Positions 1 through 10,461 of a stretch of DNA of 32,000 bases are shown piece by piece. Source of the DNA: an archaeon (lineage in GTDB: Archaea > Asgardarchaeota > Thorarchaeia > Thorarchaeales > Thorarchaeaceae); the NCBI GenBank assembly GCA_024275415.1, contig JAJRZD010000015.1, positions 10,058-42,057 on the forward strand, read 5' to 3'. The position numbers and the translations under genes are program-made. Under the pieces are notes generated by a model, which was given only the letters and a program-made list of their open reading frames with translations, was not told where the DNA came from and did not search any database. Position 1 is the stretch's first letter. The number at the start of each line of letters is the position of its first letter.

Positions 1-1162
1 CTCGCCGCCCATCCGACCGGATGAGATAGTTGCACCCAGGATGCCTGTCAGGACCCCGAATGACCAAATCCTTCATCCTCTCGATGTTCCACTCCGTCAC
101 TCGCTCCGGTATCGTCAGTATCGTCGCAATCTGCTCCGGCACACCCACCTCGTTCATGCTCAGGTTCGGGTCGGGGGAAATCACCGTCCGTGCCGAGAAA
201 TCCACTCGTTTGCCCGAGAGGTTCGACCTGAATCGCCCCTCTTTGCCTTTCAGTCGCTGTGAGAGTGTGCGCAACGCCCTCCCCGACCTGTGTCGTGCCG
301 GCGGTATCCCGCTCACTCCATTATCGAAGTAGGTGGTCGTGTGATATTGGAGAAGTTCCCATAGGTCCTCGACAATTAATTGTGGCGCTCCAGCTTCTAG
401 GTTTTCACGGAGCCTCTGATTGATACGGATGATGTCAATGAGTTTATGGCTCAGGTCGTCCTCTGACCTGACACCTGACTCGAGAGTGATAGAGGGTCTT
501 ACAGTGACAGGAGGGACGGCAAGAACGGTGAGGATGGACCACTCAAGCCTAGCGGCTTCGGGGTTGATCCCAAGGAGGCGATAATCATCGTCAAGGATAT
601 TCTCCAATCGTGCTCGGATGTCAATAGGAGTGAGCCGGACAGAGCCTGCGTCGCTGACCTCGTAGATTGAGGTGGGTTTCTCAAGTTTGAGTTTAAGTTG
701 TTCAGATTCACAATGGGGACAGGTCTTAGCCTTGGAGGCGCGTTTGATGATCTCTTTAGAGAGGTTGGCTGTCTTTTGTCCAATCTCAGGATATCGTTTG
801 AAGAGGCGTTTGAAATGATCTATTTCTTCTTCTGTCAGAAGGATGCGTTGACAGGACCTGCACACAGATCGAAGGACTTTGTGTATGACCTTTGCATATC
901 CAGCATGCATCACTGGACGTGCCAGTTCGATATGTCCGAAATGGCCAGGGCAGTTCCCGACACGGTTTCCGCAGGTTCTACACCGTTGACCAGGGTCAAT
1001 CACGCCAAGCCGAGTATCCATAATTCCGCTCTCAATAGGATAACCATCTTCATCATAAGTGTCGGCTACAACTATCTGGGCGACAGACATCTTACGGATA
1101 TCATCGGGACTGAGCAACCCGAATTCGATTTCAGCAATCTTCTTGGTAGTACTAACCATCAT
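1..1162 (-). CDS. rpoA1: DNA-directed RNA polymerase subunit A' (Rpo1N), N-terminal part; runs off the left edge
   Basis: Missed by the ORF track because there is no stop in the window. Manual translation from ATG 1162 gives [27 protein letters not shown]...[20 protein letters not shown]...[14 protein letters not shown]...[10 protein letters not shown]...[32 protein letters not shown]. It starts 1 nt after the rpoB stop. Confidence 0.97.
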   Translation of the reverse strand, partial: MMVSTTKKIAEIEFGLLSPDDIRKMSVAQIVVADTYDEDGYPIESGIMDTRLGVIDPGQRCRTCGNRVGNCPGHFGHIELARPVMHAGYAKVIHKVLRSVCRSCQRILLTEEEIDHFKRLFKRYPEIGQKTANLSKEIIKRASKAKTCPHCESEQLKLKLEKPTSIYEVSDAGSVRLTPIDIRARLENILDDDYRLLGINPEAARLEWSILTVLAVPPVTVRPSITLESGVRSEDDLSHKLIDIIRINQRLRENLEAGAPQLIVEDLWELLQYHTTTYFDNGVSGIPPARHRSGRALRTLSQRLKGKEGRFRSNLSGKRVDFSARTVISPDPNLSMNEVGVPEQIATILTIPERVTEWNIERMKDLVIRGPDRHPGCNYLIRSDGRR

Positions 1163-1163
1163 C

Positions 1164-4100
1164 TTAGATCATCTCCTTGAGTCGCAGCCTAGTGGCCAGA
1201 CCGAGTGACATCATTTCTTGAATCAGTAATTTGAACGCGTAAGACACGACCACATTGCTGATCTTGGATCCAGTGCCGCATATGGGGCAATAGTAGGTAT
1301 CCCTGTTCCGGTCATAGACACCTATGAGACCACATTCCTCACAGACGAGCATATTGCTCTTGTCAGACTCATCGAGTAGTCTGCCCTTCAAGAGAATGGC
1401 AGCACCGTGTCCGATGAGCACATCACGTTCCATCTCTCCGAACCGGAGTCCTCCTTCCCTAGCACGTCCTTCGGTGGGTTGGCGGGTCAAGATCTGGACG
1501 GGTCCTCTGGCTCGAGCATGTATCTTGTCTGCGACCATGTGATGCAGTTTCTGGTAGTAGATGACACCGATGAAGATGTCAGTCTTCAGTTTCTGTCCGG
1601 TGATGCCAGAATACATGACCTCGCGGCCGTTGTGTTTCAGGCCGTGCTTCTTCATTATTTCGAAGAGTTCCTCTTCAGTCACTCCACAGAAGGGAGTGGC
1701 ATCTTGTTGTCTGCCAGCCATCGCCCCTGCTTTCCCTGCAATCATTTCCATGATCTGGCCGATGGTCATCCGGCTGGGAATTGCATGGGGGTTGATGATG
1801 AGGTCAGGCACGACACCGTCCTCGGTAAAGGGAACATCCTGTTGTGGGACTATGTACCCAATAACGCCCTTCTGTCCGTGACGGGAGGCGTATTTGTCAC
1901 CAAGCTCGGGGATTCGTAGATCCCTTACTTTTACTTTTACCAATCGATTCCCATCGATGGTTTCTGTGAGGATGACGCTATCAACCACTCCTGCCTCGCC
2001 ATGGCGTACAGCCACTGAGGTCTCTCGGCGGTTGGGGGAAGCAATCTCGAATTCCGAGTATTCCTCAAGGAACCGCGGAGGTTAGGTTCTTCCAATTAGG
2101 ACATCGCCGCCCTGCACCTCGACTTCTGTTTCGATGATACCGTCCTCGCCAAGGTTCCTGTAGGACTCCGAAGCACGATACCCACGGACACTTCTGTCTG
2201 GAACCTCGAAGCGATCCTCCTGACCGCCAGGGTACTTTCGTTCTTCGCTCTCATAGACACGGGCGAAGGTGCTTCTGCCAAGGCCTCGCTCGATAGAGGC
2301 TTTATTCATGATAAGAGCGTCCTCGATATTGTAGCCCTCGAAGGACAGAATTCCGACCACGAAGTTCTGGCCGGCGGGTCGCTCCTCGAACCCGATGGAA
2401 TCCATGGCACGGGTCTTGACTATGGGTATCTGTGGATAATGGAAGAAATGTGAGCGAGTGTCAGCACGGAACTTGAAGTTAGCAGCCGGGACACCCACAC
2501 TCTGCTTGGCCATCCCTGCCATGTACACGTTACGGGGCGACTGGTTCCGCTCTGGGAACGGGATGAGTGCTGCCGATATACCAAGAATCGTGGAGGGCAC
2601 TATCTCAAGATGTGTGGTTCGCGGACCGATATCGTCAGGGGTCATGGCAATGAGTGTGTTCTCTTCTTCCTCGGCATCCACAAACTCGACGATGCCATTC
2701 CTCAACAAATCCGTGAATGTCCATTCACCATCTGCAACCATGCGTAGGTGCTCATCTGTCAACCGGCTCTTGCCGTTCTCTACGACTATAACGGGTCTCC
2801 TGACACGACCTGCATCGCAATTGACCTGCACCTCGTTCGTGTCCTCATAATATGCGATATTGACCTCCTCATTGATTTCGCCTGCACGACGCTTCTGCCG
2901 GATGGTCTTGGCAAGTACTTGAGGGGCGGGATGGATGCCTACTAGACGACCGTTAAGAAAGACATCAGCCCATTTCGCACCCCGTTTTCCTCGGAGCTTC
3001 TCGATGGATTCTACCTCAGCCTTGTAGAGCGCTCTTTCGACAGCATCCTCGCCTGTACCTACCGAGATGTATGCCATCATTGCAATGTTTTTGACAAGCC
3101 CGCAGTTTGGTCCTTCGGGAGTTTCGTTCGGACATATCTTGCCCCAATGTGTGGAGTGAAGGTCTCGTGCCTCAAAATGAGGCTGTGATCGTGAGAGGGG
3201 GGATACGACTCGTCTCAGGTGAGAGAGAGACGAGATATAGTTCGTCCGGTCAAGGAGCTGTGACACTCCGGCCTTGCCACCTACCCAATTGCCTGTGGCT
3301 AATGCATGCTTCAGGCGCTGTGTGATGACATCGGCGCGTACAGCTGTCCGGATGTTCGGTTTCCTGCCACGGACTGCTGTCCGTTCGAGTTGATACTTGA
3401 TATCACGGGTCAGGGAATAGAGTGCCACACGGAACAGCGACATGAGTAGGTCACCGGAGAGTTTGAGGCGCTTGTTGGCGTAGTGGTCCTTGTCATCCTG
3501 AGTGCGCTTGCCCAGAACGAGCTCAAGCAGACGTTCCACCATCTGCCCAAGATAGTATGCTTTCTGGAGCCTGTGATGCTCCTCAGTCCCGATGTGTGGA
3601 AGCAGGTATCGATCTAGCACTTTCTCTGCGCGCGCAAGACGATACTCTTTGGTCTGACCCACTGCGACTCGTTTCCCAATGAAATCAAGCGCATTGTTCC
3701 TAGTAGAGGTCTCTTCATCCTCTTCGCCCCTCATGACATTGATTGGTGTTGCCTGCTCTATGGTGACGATGAGCTCGTTTCGAATCTCATCATCATCAGA
3801 GATGACTTCGGCAATGTCCCTGTCAGACTCGAGCCCTAGGGCTTTCATAAGTATCGCAAGAGGAATCTTCCCGGGCACAGATGGGAAAGAAACCCTGAGT
3901 TCTCCTGTGCGCTTTCGTTCGATGGTAACTGGTGCACGGAAACCCCTGCTTGTCGAGAAGACCTTTGCAATGTGGGTGTAGCTCGAGCTCTTGCTCGCCT
4001 CCTCGATAAGGATTCTATTAGGCGCCAAATCCTCCTGTGTTACTAAGACGCGCTCAGACCCGTTGATGATGAAGTAGCCTCCCGGGTCATTTGGATCCTC

Positions 4101-4538
4101 ACCGTGCTTGATGAGATCTTCTTCGGACATACCATGAAGAAGACAGGTTTCACTCCTCAGCATGATTGGAAGGTCACCAACATAGATACGCATCGTTTCA
4201 AGCCTCGTGGTCACTGAGCCCTCTTGGCGGACAGGAGTCATATCAAGGAACAACTTGCTGGCATATGTGAGGTTGCGTATCCTTGCCTCGTTTGGGTAGA
4301 GGGGATGTTCGCTTCCATCTGCCTCCCGCACTGAGGGCGGCATTACTGTTATCTCTCCAAGATCCACAAAATATCCCTCGACCTTGGGATTGAGTCGTCC
4401 AACACTGTCTACGACTTGCTGCAACTCCTCTCGTACAAACCGATTGAACGAGTCAAGATGCTGACCCACAAGTCCTTTTTCTGCGAAATATGACTCGATT
4501 ACTGGCCAATACTTCTGCCTCTCGCTTAAACTCGACAT
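1164..4538 (-). CDS. rpoB: DNA-directed RNA polymerase subunit B (Rpo2), unsplit type, about 1124 codons, interrupted by one in-frame TAA at 2082-2084
   Basis: ORFs 2082..4538 and 1164..2015 are in the same frame. Reading across the stop gives [37 protein letters not shown]. Motifs present: [53 protein letters not shown] and a C-terminal Zn finger. Confidence 0.96.
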
Positions 4539-4707
4539 TGAGCTACACCCTTTCCATTGTGGACGGGGTAACTACTGCAGTCCGTGTCGCTTCCCAAAGC
4601 AGTCCCAGAGAACCCGAGCTTGCTCATCTGCCGCAATAGCCGCCCCGTTGTTTTGTCTCTCACAACCTTCCCCAAAACAAGCCTAAATTATGGCGGGCTC
4701 GGCGGGA

Positions 4708-4737
4708 AATTCCACCTCCATGGGAGTCATGGGGGTA
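4708..4737 (-). other. tRNA-Lys T-loop intron (59/60), 30 nt
   Basis: TACCCCCATGACTCCCATGGAGGTGGAATT. It forms a 9-position stem with a 5-nt loop; the central helix TTCA/GGAA has one A.G mismatch; the T-stem is the outer helix. Confidence 0.85.
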
Positions 4738-4753
4738 TTTGAACCCGCGGCCC

Positions 4754-4788
4754 ATCCCCGTGCAAAGAGAGAGATGCTCTCTTGCTCT
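4754..4788 (-). other. tRNA-Lys intron at about 43/44 (42/43 also possible), 35 nt, relaxed BHB
   Basis: AGAGCAAGAGAGCATCTCTCTCTTTGCACGGGGAT. It has a long internal hairpin and an imperfect central helix ACCT/GGGG. Confidence 0.75.
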
Positions 4789-5349
4789 TCAGGTTAAAAG
4801 CCTGCTGCGCTACCTAGCTGCGCCACGAGCCCCTATTGCCATATGATTCCCGAGCAACGATGAGATGCACGTTGGCATATGACTACCATACAGCATTGCT
4901 AACGGTCATGCATGATCTGGGAAGCGGTTGTGCTGAGCACTCGAATCCACCTGTGTGAAAATAAAAGGTTTTCCTTGGAACGAAATTTAGAGTATCAACT
5001 AACTTGGAGATTTGCGGCCTATGAGCTTGTCCACATATTGTATTCTGAGGTAAAAAGGATTTTGCTGGCACGGGGAACGTGTCAGGTATAACGGGTAATG
5101 GAAGTTCCGGCTGAAAGAAGACGTGTGGAGGTCACAATAAGACAGACTGCGACCGGGTTTGTTTATGCCAAGATTGTCCTGCTGGCGTTTTTACTCAATG
5201 AGTCGGTCATGGGTCTCTTTTAATACATGTCACAATGTTTTTATTATGACCATCGAAAGTCGGCGAGGTTCTACTGGAATGACCGGGAGAGCCGTCTATT
5301 CTCTGGACCAGTTGTGCGATCCTGTCCGGAACAAGAGCGTGATAATAAC

Positions 5350-6003
5350 ATGTCATCAAGAAGTCGTCAAGCAGCGGCACGAACAAGGGACAAATGGAGA
5401 GAGAAAGTCTGGTATCAAATCAGGTCTCCGGAGTATTTTGGCGAGAAGGATATCGGGATGACCCCTGCTGGAAACCCCGAGTTATTGATCGGTCGCACTG
5501 TAAAACCCACGCTCTACGATTTGACAGGTAATTTCGACCAAATCCATGTGAAGCTGAGATTCAAAATCATCGAGGTTGTAGGTCAGGAGGCTAAGACCGT
5601 ATTTCACGGTCATGAATGGAGTTCAGATTATCTCAGAGGGCTAGTCAGGAGAGGTACTTCTCGTATCGACTGGATAGGCCCTATTCTTACAAAAGATGAC
5701 TACCTCATGCGGATCTCCGTAATCGTATTCACTACGTCACGGTCAAAGACCAGTCAGGAGCATTCAGTTAGGAAAGCTATCGAGAAGGTCATCAGGGCAC
5801 ATGCAAAGAAGCATGTCTTTGACGAGCTGGTCACTAAGGTCGTCCTTGGCGAGCTTGCTTCGGAAGTCCGTGAAGAGGTCAAGAAGATAGTACCGATCCG
5901 AGAATGTGAGATTCGAAAGAGCAAAGTGCTCAAAGGGCCCGAAGAGGTCAAGGCGCGCAGAGCAAGGCTTCGAAGGGGCACCGAGAAGAAGAAGTCGGGC
6001 TAG
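5350..6003 (+). CDS. rps3ae: 30S ribosomal protein eS1 (S3Ae)
   Basis: RDKWREKVWYQIRSPEYFGEKDIGMTPA, GRTVKPTLYDLTGNF, DYLRGLVRRGTSRID, KIVPIRECEIRKSKVL. Start moved to ATG 5350. Confidence 0.95.
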   Translation: MSSRSRQAAARTRDKWREKVWYQIRSPEYFGEKDIGMTPAGNPELLIGRTVKPTLYDLTGNFDQIHVKLRFKIIEVVGQEAKTVFHGHEWSSDYLRGLVRRGTSRIDWIGPILTKDDYLMRISVIVFTTSRSKTSQEHSVRKAIEKVIRAHAKKHVFDELVTKVVLGELASEVREEVKKIVPIRECEIRKSKVLKGPEEVKARRARLRRGTEKKKSG

Positions 6004-6079
6004 ACCTGTCCCTCAAGTCAGAGGGACAGATGTGTGCTCTCAGACGCAGACCATTCACAATCAGGCAATATTACCCAGT

Positions 6080-6433
6080 TCAGGCATTCATCCGTTTCAG
6101 CTTGTCAAGCGCCTGAAGAAGAAGCACCATCAGGTTGGCAAGTTTTGTGAGGGCCTCTGTATCGTTCTCTCGTTCTATGAGGACATTAAGCGTTCTTAGC
6201 TTGATGAGGAGTGTTTCTTTGAGTTCTGGGAGCAGTTCTTTCACAGTCCGTGTTTCGACTTCCTCATCAGAAGATGCATAGACAATCCTCCTGTCGCACA
6301 TCGCACAATAGATGTCATCACCCACCTTGAGGAGGGGTGTCCCGCACTTAGGACAACCATCTGCAAGCATTGTCGCACCCTGCTGTAACAACTGGGCCAT
6401 CCTCTTCACCGATGTGTCCTTTCTATCGTTCAT
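6080..6433 (-). CDS. UPF0148 / Sjogren autoantigen p27-like Zn-ribbon protein
   Basis: KRMAQLLQQGATMLADGCPKCGTPL...IYCAMC followed by a helical C-terminus. Start moved to ATG 6433. Confidence 0.85.
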   Translation of the reverse strand: MNDRKDTSVKRMAQLLQQGATMLADGCPKCGTPLLKVGDDIYCAMCDRRIVYASSDEEVETRTVKELLPELKETLLIKLRTLNVLIERENDTEALTKLANLMVLLLQALDKLKRMNA

Positions 6434-6595
6434 CGTGAATCCAGTGATGGATGTCCTCAATCCTTTATGAGAGTTGTTGGATGCTATGTACATCCATTCC
6501 TCTGCCGAAAGAATGATATGAGGATGTTATCCACCTCTCACTTGTTAGTTCGCACTGCATTTCGTGCGTCGAGACAATTTCAGAGGTGAGTCCCA

Positions 6596-6859
6596 ATGGA
6601 CCCCGAAGTACAGAGAAGCATAGACCAATCAAAGCACCTTTTGAGGCAAATCGCTGATGACTCGTCAGTGCCTCGAAACATAAGACGTGCAGCCAATGAA
6701 GCTATTGCGGTTCTTGAGAATGAGAGCGATTCACCTGCTGTCAGGGCTCAGAATGCGATTGCAATACTTGATGACCCTAGTCAGGATCCGAACTGTCCGA
6801 ACCATGCCCGAACTAAAATCTGGCATGTATCCAGTTTACTGGAACCAATTCGCGACTAG
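6596..6859 (+). CDS. UPF0147 family protein
   Basis: DSSVPRNIRRAA, SPAVRAQNAIAILDD, DPNCPNHARTKIW; 87 aa is typical for the family. Confidence 0.88.
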   Translation: MDPEVQRSIDQSKHLLRQIADDSSVPRNIRRAANEAIAVLENESDSPAVRAQNAIAILDDPSQDPNCPNHARTKIWHVSSLLEPIRD

Positions 6860-6942
6860 AGCTAGTGCGGACCAAGAACTGAGATTCGTACCTTCCTGTC
6901 AAAGAGAAGGTCTGTAGCTCATGTAGCACGGACGGAAAATGC

Positions 6943-8400
6943 GTGATTAAGGCTCGAATAAGAGGAATCTATTCACAATCATTGACGCGGATAATGCTGC
7001 AGAACCATTTTGAGATGGTTCAACCTACTCCTGAAGTGGCTAGAAGGTTTGGCCTCCCCTATCGAGCGGAAATCCCAGATGTTGATATCTGGGATAGAAG
7101 TGACCTACAGGGCATCGTGGCCATTGCTTACGAGTCAATCCTGAGAAAGCTCACCGATGTGCTTCGGAGAAGGCTTGGATGGGTGATAACCCGCACCCCA
7201 AGAGTCGCAAAGAGCTCAATCTACAAGGGAGTTGTGATAGGTAGGGATGATAAGACTGGATACACTCGCGTGAACATAGGGCCAATCATTGGGTTGCTAC
7301 CAGAGTTTTCTCCCGAAAGGGGAAGGTCTATCATGGTTCAAGTGAAAGCGCATGATTATGGTCGGAAAGCACCAGTACTCTCCTCTAACATCACGATTCC
7401 GGGAAAAGCCGCCGTACTTCTTCCAGATCCTGTCGTTCGGCTGAGCACCAAAATCAAGGGACAAAAAGAACGTGGGAGCCTCTTGGCGATAGGAAGGAAA
7501 CTGAGAGTTCATACAGAGCCATGGGGAATCCTCTGGAGGACAGCAGCAACTAGGCTCACTGATGAAGAACTCTACAATGAGATTGAGAACCTGTTGGACA
7601 CTGCACAAAAGATAGAGGATAGCTTCAATCAGATTGCAGAAACTGGTCTCCTGTTCGAGGGAACCAGCAATGCGGATATAGAGTTCCCAGCAGAGGTGAA
7701 AGAAGCACTGGATAAGACCCGTGCGAAGATACGACCGACCATCCAACATCATCATTTCTACAAGAGTGCTGGATATGCTTCGTTAGTGGATTTCGCAGAG
7801 ATGATGATTGAAGATAGGCCAAATGACCGTGAATATGTCAGGTCGAAGCTCGAAAAGGTGATTGGCAGGGATATGCCCAAAGTTGAAGATCCCATCAATA
7901 TAGTGCACACGAAACTAGACGGACGCTGCATAGTATTGTCGAAAGGAAGAGTTGTGGATAGCAATAACAATGCGTTTCTGATACGAAGACAGTTCAGGCA
8001 TACCACACGAAAGCTAAAGATGACTCCTGAAAGCGTTGACGGTGTAGTTGTTCCTAGAGATGAAGGCGACTATTCCATCACGAGGGTAGTTCCAGGGTCG
8101 ATGATCCTCATCACAGACTATTATTCACGAGAGAACAAACATAAGGGAACCTATGTGAATATCAACACTGGTGTAGAGGTATATCCAAGCAATGGTTCTG
8201 TCCCGAGCACTATACGGTATGTTGACCTTGAGATAGATGTTGTCGCACCAAAGAGAGGACAGACACGAATCATCGATCAGCATCTCCTGAAGCGTGCTGT
8301 ACAAAGGGGATTCATAACTGAGGAAATGGCAGACCTAGCACGGGCAAAGGCAAAGGCGGAGTATAGACGCTTGGTATCGAATGTGAAAAGTATTGCATGA
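6943..8400 (+). CDS. fau-1: FAU-1 RNA-binding protein/ribonuclease (RNase E/G-like N-terminal region plus DUF402)
   Basis: KARIRGIYSQSLT N-terminus, WGILWRTAA, IQHHHFYK, and C-terminal KGTYVNINTGVEVYP...YVDLEIDVV. Confidence 0.88.
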   Translation: MIKARIRGIYSQSLTRIMLQNHFEMVQPTPEVARRFGLPYRAEIPDVDIWDRSDLQGIVAIAYESILRKLTDVLRRRLGWVITRTPRVAKSSIYKGVVIGRDDKTGYTRVNIGPIIGLLPEFSPERGRSIMVQVKAHDYGRKAPVLSSNITIPGKAAVLLPDPVVRLSTKIKGQKERGSLLAIGRKLRVHTEPWGILWRTAATRLTDEELYNEIENLLDTAQKIEDSFNQIAETGLLFEGTSNADIEFPAEVKEALDKTRAKIRPTIQHHHFYKSAGYASLVDFAEMMIEDRPNDREYVRSKLEKVIGRDMPKVEDPINIVHTKLDGRCIVLSKGRVVDSNNNAFLIRRQFRHTTRKLKMTPESVDGVVVPRDEGDYSITRVVPGSMILITDYYSRENKHKGTYVNINTGVEVYPSNGSVPSTIRYVDLEIDVVAPKRGQTRIIDQHLLKRAVQRGFITEEMADLARAKAKAEYRRLVSNVKSIA

Positions 8401-8401
8401 G

Positions 8402-8650
8402 TCATTCTAACGATTCACATGTGCGAATTGCAAGATCAATCGCGCTCATGATGTCCTCTATCGTCGCACTGAAACTATTGATACCCCGATTGCACTTGAT
8501 ATAAATCCTAAGAGATTCATTAACTGTTTCAGAACATATCTCGATTCCTGTTGGGAGTGGCGAATTATCAGGGCTGATTGCTTGTAGGACGAGATTGGCA
8601 TCAGTAGATGATTTGAATTCTAGTTCGATGGTTGCTTGCAGAACGGTCAT
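8402..8650 (-). CDS. pcc1: KEOPS complex subunit Pcc1
   Basis: 82 aa with AISPDN and SFSATIEDIMSAIDLA; lies downstream of rps15 and the DHH gene, the conserved archaeal order. Confidence 0.85.
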   Translation of the reverse strand: MTVLQATIELEFKSSTDANLVLQAISPDNSPLPTGIEICSETVNESLRIYIKCNRGINSFSATIEDIMSAIDLAIRTCESLE

Positions 8651-9966
8651 GCCTCCTTGAGAAGTATTGTCAAAGCTTCTATTATGGTTTCATGGGTGTC
8701 AGCAGAAGTATCCGGTATCCTGACCGCTCTTGCTGAAACAGACGAGTGTTCGATAGCCCTATTGAAAAGTGCAGCTGACACGGAGAATAACGTGAGTGGT
8801 TTCTTCCATACCAAGGTGGTTGACCCTTCAGAAACCATTATGACGAACATGCACTCCTTAGTAATGTTAGAATCAAGAGCTATGCGTCCTACATCAGCAA
8901 GCGTGTGTTCTGAGAGGGCTCTTGTGTCTACAATGACATAAGTACTGGAGATATCTACGCTACCATCGTTCTCATCCAACAGAATATTCAACTTGGCGAC
9001 ATCTGAAATGGTTTCCTTGCAATGGCGTCGATATTCAGATATCATGTCTGAGAGAGATCGAGCACGATCTCCAATCAAGACGCTCAACAGAACTCCTGTG
9101 ATTTGTCTGCTCCATGCCATACGTGCGAGGGAAGATATACTTGAGAGATATCGCAGAGGGCTTGTCCGAGGTTCTAACAGGAATTCATAGTCATTGCCAA
9201 GGATATGTTCCACTACTGAAGGATGTAATGATGGTAAGAGCACTCCGTTAAGTTGGCGAGCTTCGTCGGATGCAAGCTCGCTGAGAGGGGATCTCCACTT
9301 GCTGAAACGTATGCCTGCGTCATCAAAAATCTTCTGGCAGGCTTCAGGATTACCACTGAGCGAGTCAAGATAGGGATAGATGTTATTTGTAAATACCTCA
9401 TCTAAAGTGAGAAAGTTGAAACCAGGAATCTTGAAGCCTTTTCGAGGGGCAAGCAGTCCTTCCTCGACCGAAGTTTGGATTATCTTAGAAGCTTCGTTTC
9501 CAGAGGCATCCTGAAGCAGTGAGCCGATTGCAGCAAGGGCCACTTCAGCAGCCTCAATGTCCATCGTTGCCAATCCAAATGCACAAGCCTCGACGGCAGC
9601 AGGGGATGAAACAGGTTCCTTTTTGATAGAGGTGGTCTTAGGATAGAACGTACCTCCAATCGGAAGAAAACAGTCGGGGTTGCTTGGTTTACCAATGACA
9701 TTAACGCCAACCGACAAAATCAGTGTTTCAGTGCCATCATAATAGTACTTCTCAGCTTGGGCGACAGGGATGATGGGGTTGCAAAAGGTCACATGAAAGA
9801 GAAACTTTGCTCGTAATGCCGCACGACAGAGTATTGATGTTGCTGTTACAGAGTGAGGTAGATAAGAACTGATAATCACGACCTTTTTGAAACTCTTCAG
9901 ATCAATATCTACGAATCTGCTCTTGAGCTGATTCCTAAGAGAATCAGGGAGGATGCTATCAGTCAT
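8647..9966 (-). CDS. RecJ/DHH-family GAN (Cdc45-related) orthologue with degenerate catalytic motifs
   Basis: Occupies the rps15-[DHH]-pcc1 position. Family-like segments: PYLDSLSGNPEACQKIFDDAGI..WR, ILGNDYEF, IGDRARS..EYRR. The HxDxDG, D(L/M)G and DHH motifs are replaced by SSYLPHS, SVG and IGG-like residues. Confidence 0.75.
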   Translation of the reverse strand: MTDSILPDSLRNQLKSRFVDIDLKSFKKVVIISSYLPHSVTATSILCRAALRAKFLFHVTFCNPIIPVAQAEKYYYDGTETLILSVGVNVIGKPSNPDCFLPIGGTFYPKTTSIKKEPVSSPAAVEACAFGLATMDIEAAEVALAAIGSLLQDASGNEASKIIQTSVEEGLLAPRKGFKIPGFNFLTLDEVFTNNIYPYLDSLSGNPEACQKIFDDAGIRFSKWRSPLSELASDEARQLNGVLLPSLHPSVVEHILGNDYEFLLEPRTSPLRYLSSISSLARMAWSRQITGVLLSVLIGDRARSLSDMISEYRRHCKETISDVAKLNILLDENDGSVDISSTYVIVDTRALSEHTLADVGRIALDSNITKECMFVIMVSEGSTTLVWKKPLTLFSVSAALFNRAIEHSSVSARAVRIPDTSADTHETIIEALTILLKEA

Positions 9967-10002
9967 CTCAAGGAGGACAAGACAGAGTGACCCATGATAA
10001 AA

Positions 10003-10461
10003 TTATCTAAGGAGCACCGCGGCCTTGTCAGGCGAGTATTTCCAGTCGGCAGGAAGAACCTGTTTCTTTCGATAATATTTTGAGAGCCTGTGAATCTTGC
10101 TCTCGACAAGCTGGAGTCCCCGTTTGGAAACAAAGTCTTTCTTTCCGTGTTCCTCAAGGTGGCGCCTAATCTTGAGTGCCTTTGCGATCATGTTCCGCAA
10201 ATCCTCAGGAACTCTGCGCTGAAGGTCATGTTCTTTGATAATCTGATTGATTCTTTTGCCGGTAATCACTTTCACAAGGGGGATTCCATACTGGTCACGA
10301 AGGATCAGCCCAATCATGCTTGGAGTGTTACCTGCCTTTGCAAGCTCTACAACTTTCTCTTCGATCCAAGCTGCATCCTTGTCCATCCATTCAGGGACTT
10401 GTAGTGTAGATGGGCGCTTGCTACTTGACTGACCTTTTCGTCGTGTGTGCATTCTTGCCAT
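10003..10461 (-). CDS. rps15: 30S ribosomal protein uS15 (archaeal S15 / eukaryotic S13)
   Basis: MARMHTRRKGQSSSKRP, PSMIGLILRDQYGIP, VPEDLRNMIAKA, GLQLVESKIHRLSKYY. Confidence 0.97.
   Translation of the reverse strand: MARMHTRRKGQSSSKRPSTLQVPEWMDKDAAWIEEKVVELAKAGNTPSMIGLILRDQYGIPLVKVITGKRINQIIKEHDLQRRVPEDLRNMIAKALKIRRHLEEHGKKDFVSKRGLQLVESKIHRLSKYYRKKQVLPADWKYSPDKAAVLLR

Larger units (their letters stand above)
4691..4832 (-). tRNA. tRNA-Lys(UUU) with two non-canonical introns: about 43/44 (35 nt, 4754-4788) and 59/60 (30 nt, 4708-4737)
   Basis: Reverse complement: GGGCTCG TG GCGC AGCTAGGTA GCGC A GCAGG CTTTTAA CCTGA [intron] GGGCC GCGGG TTCAAA [intron] T CCCGC CGAGCCC G CCA. Removing both inserts restores a cloverleaf with encoded CCA. 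Confidence 0.92.

Noticed and set aside
4539-4690. RpoH remnant or a known ncRNA (SRP, RNase P) upstream of rpoB
   Set aside because: No RpoH-like residues in the frames I translated and no SRP or RNase P signature sequences.
5098-5223. 41-codon ORF MEVPAERRRVEV... upstream of rps3ae
   Set aside because: No recognisable motif, no repeat or selection signal, and no clear ribosome-binding context.
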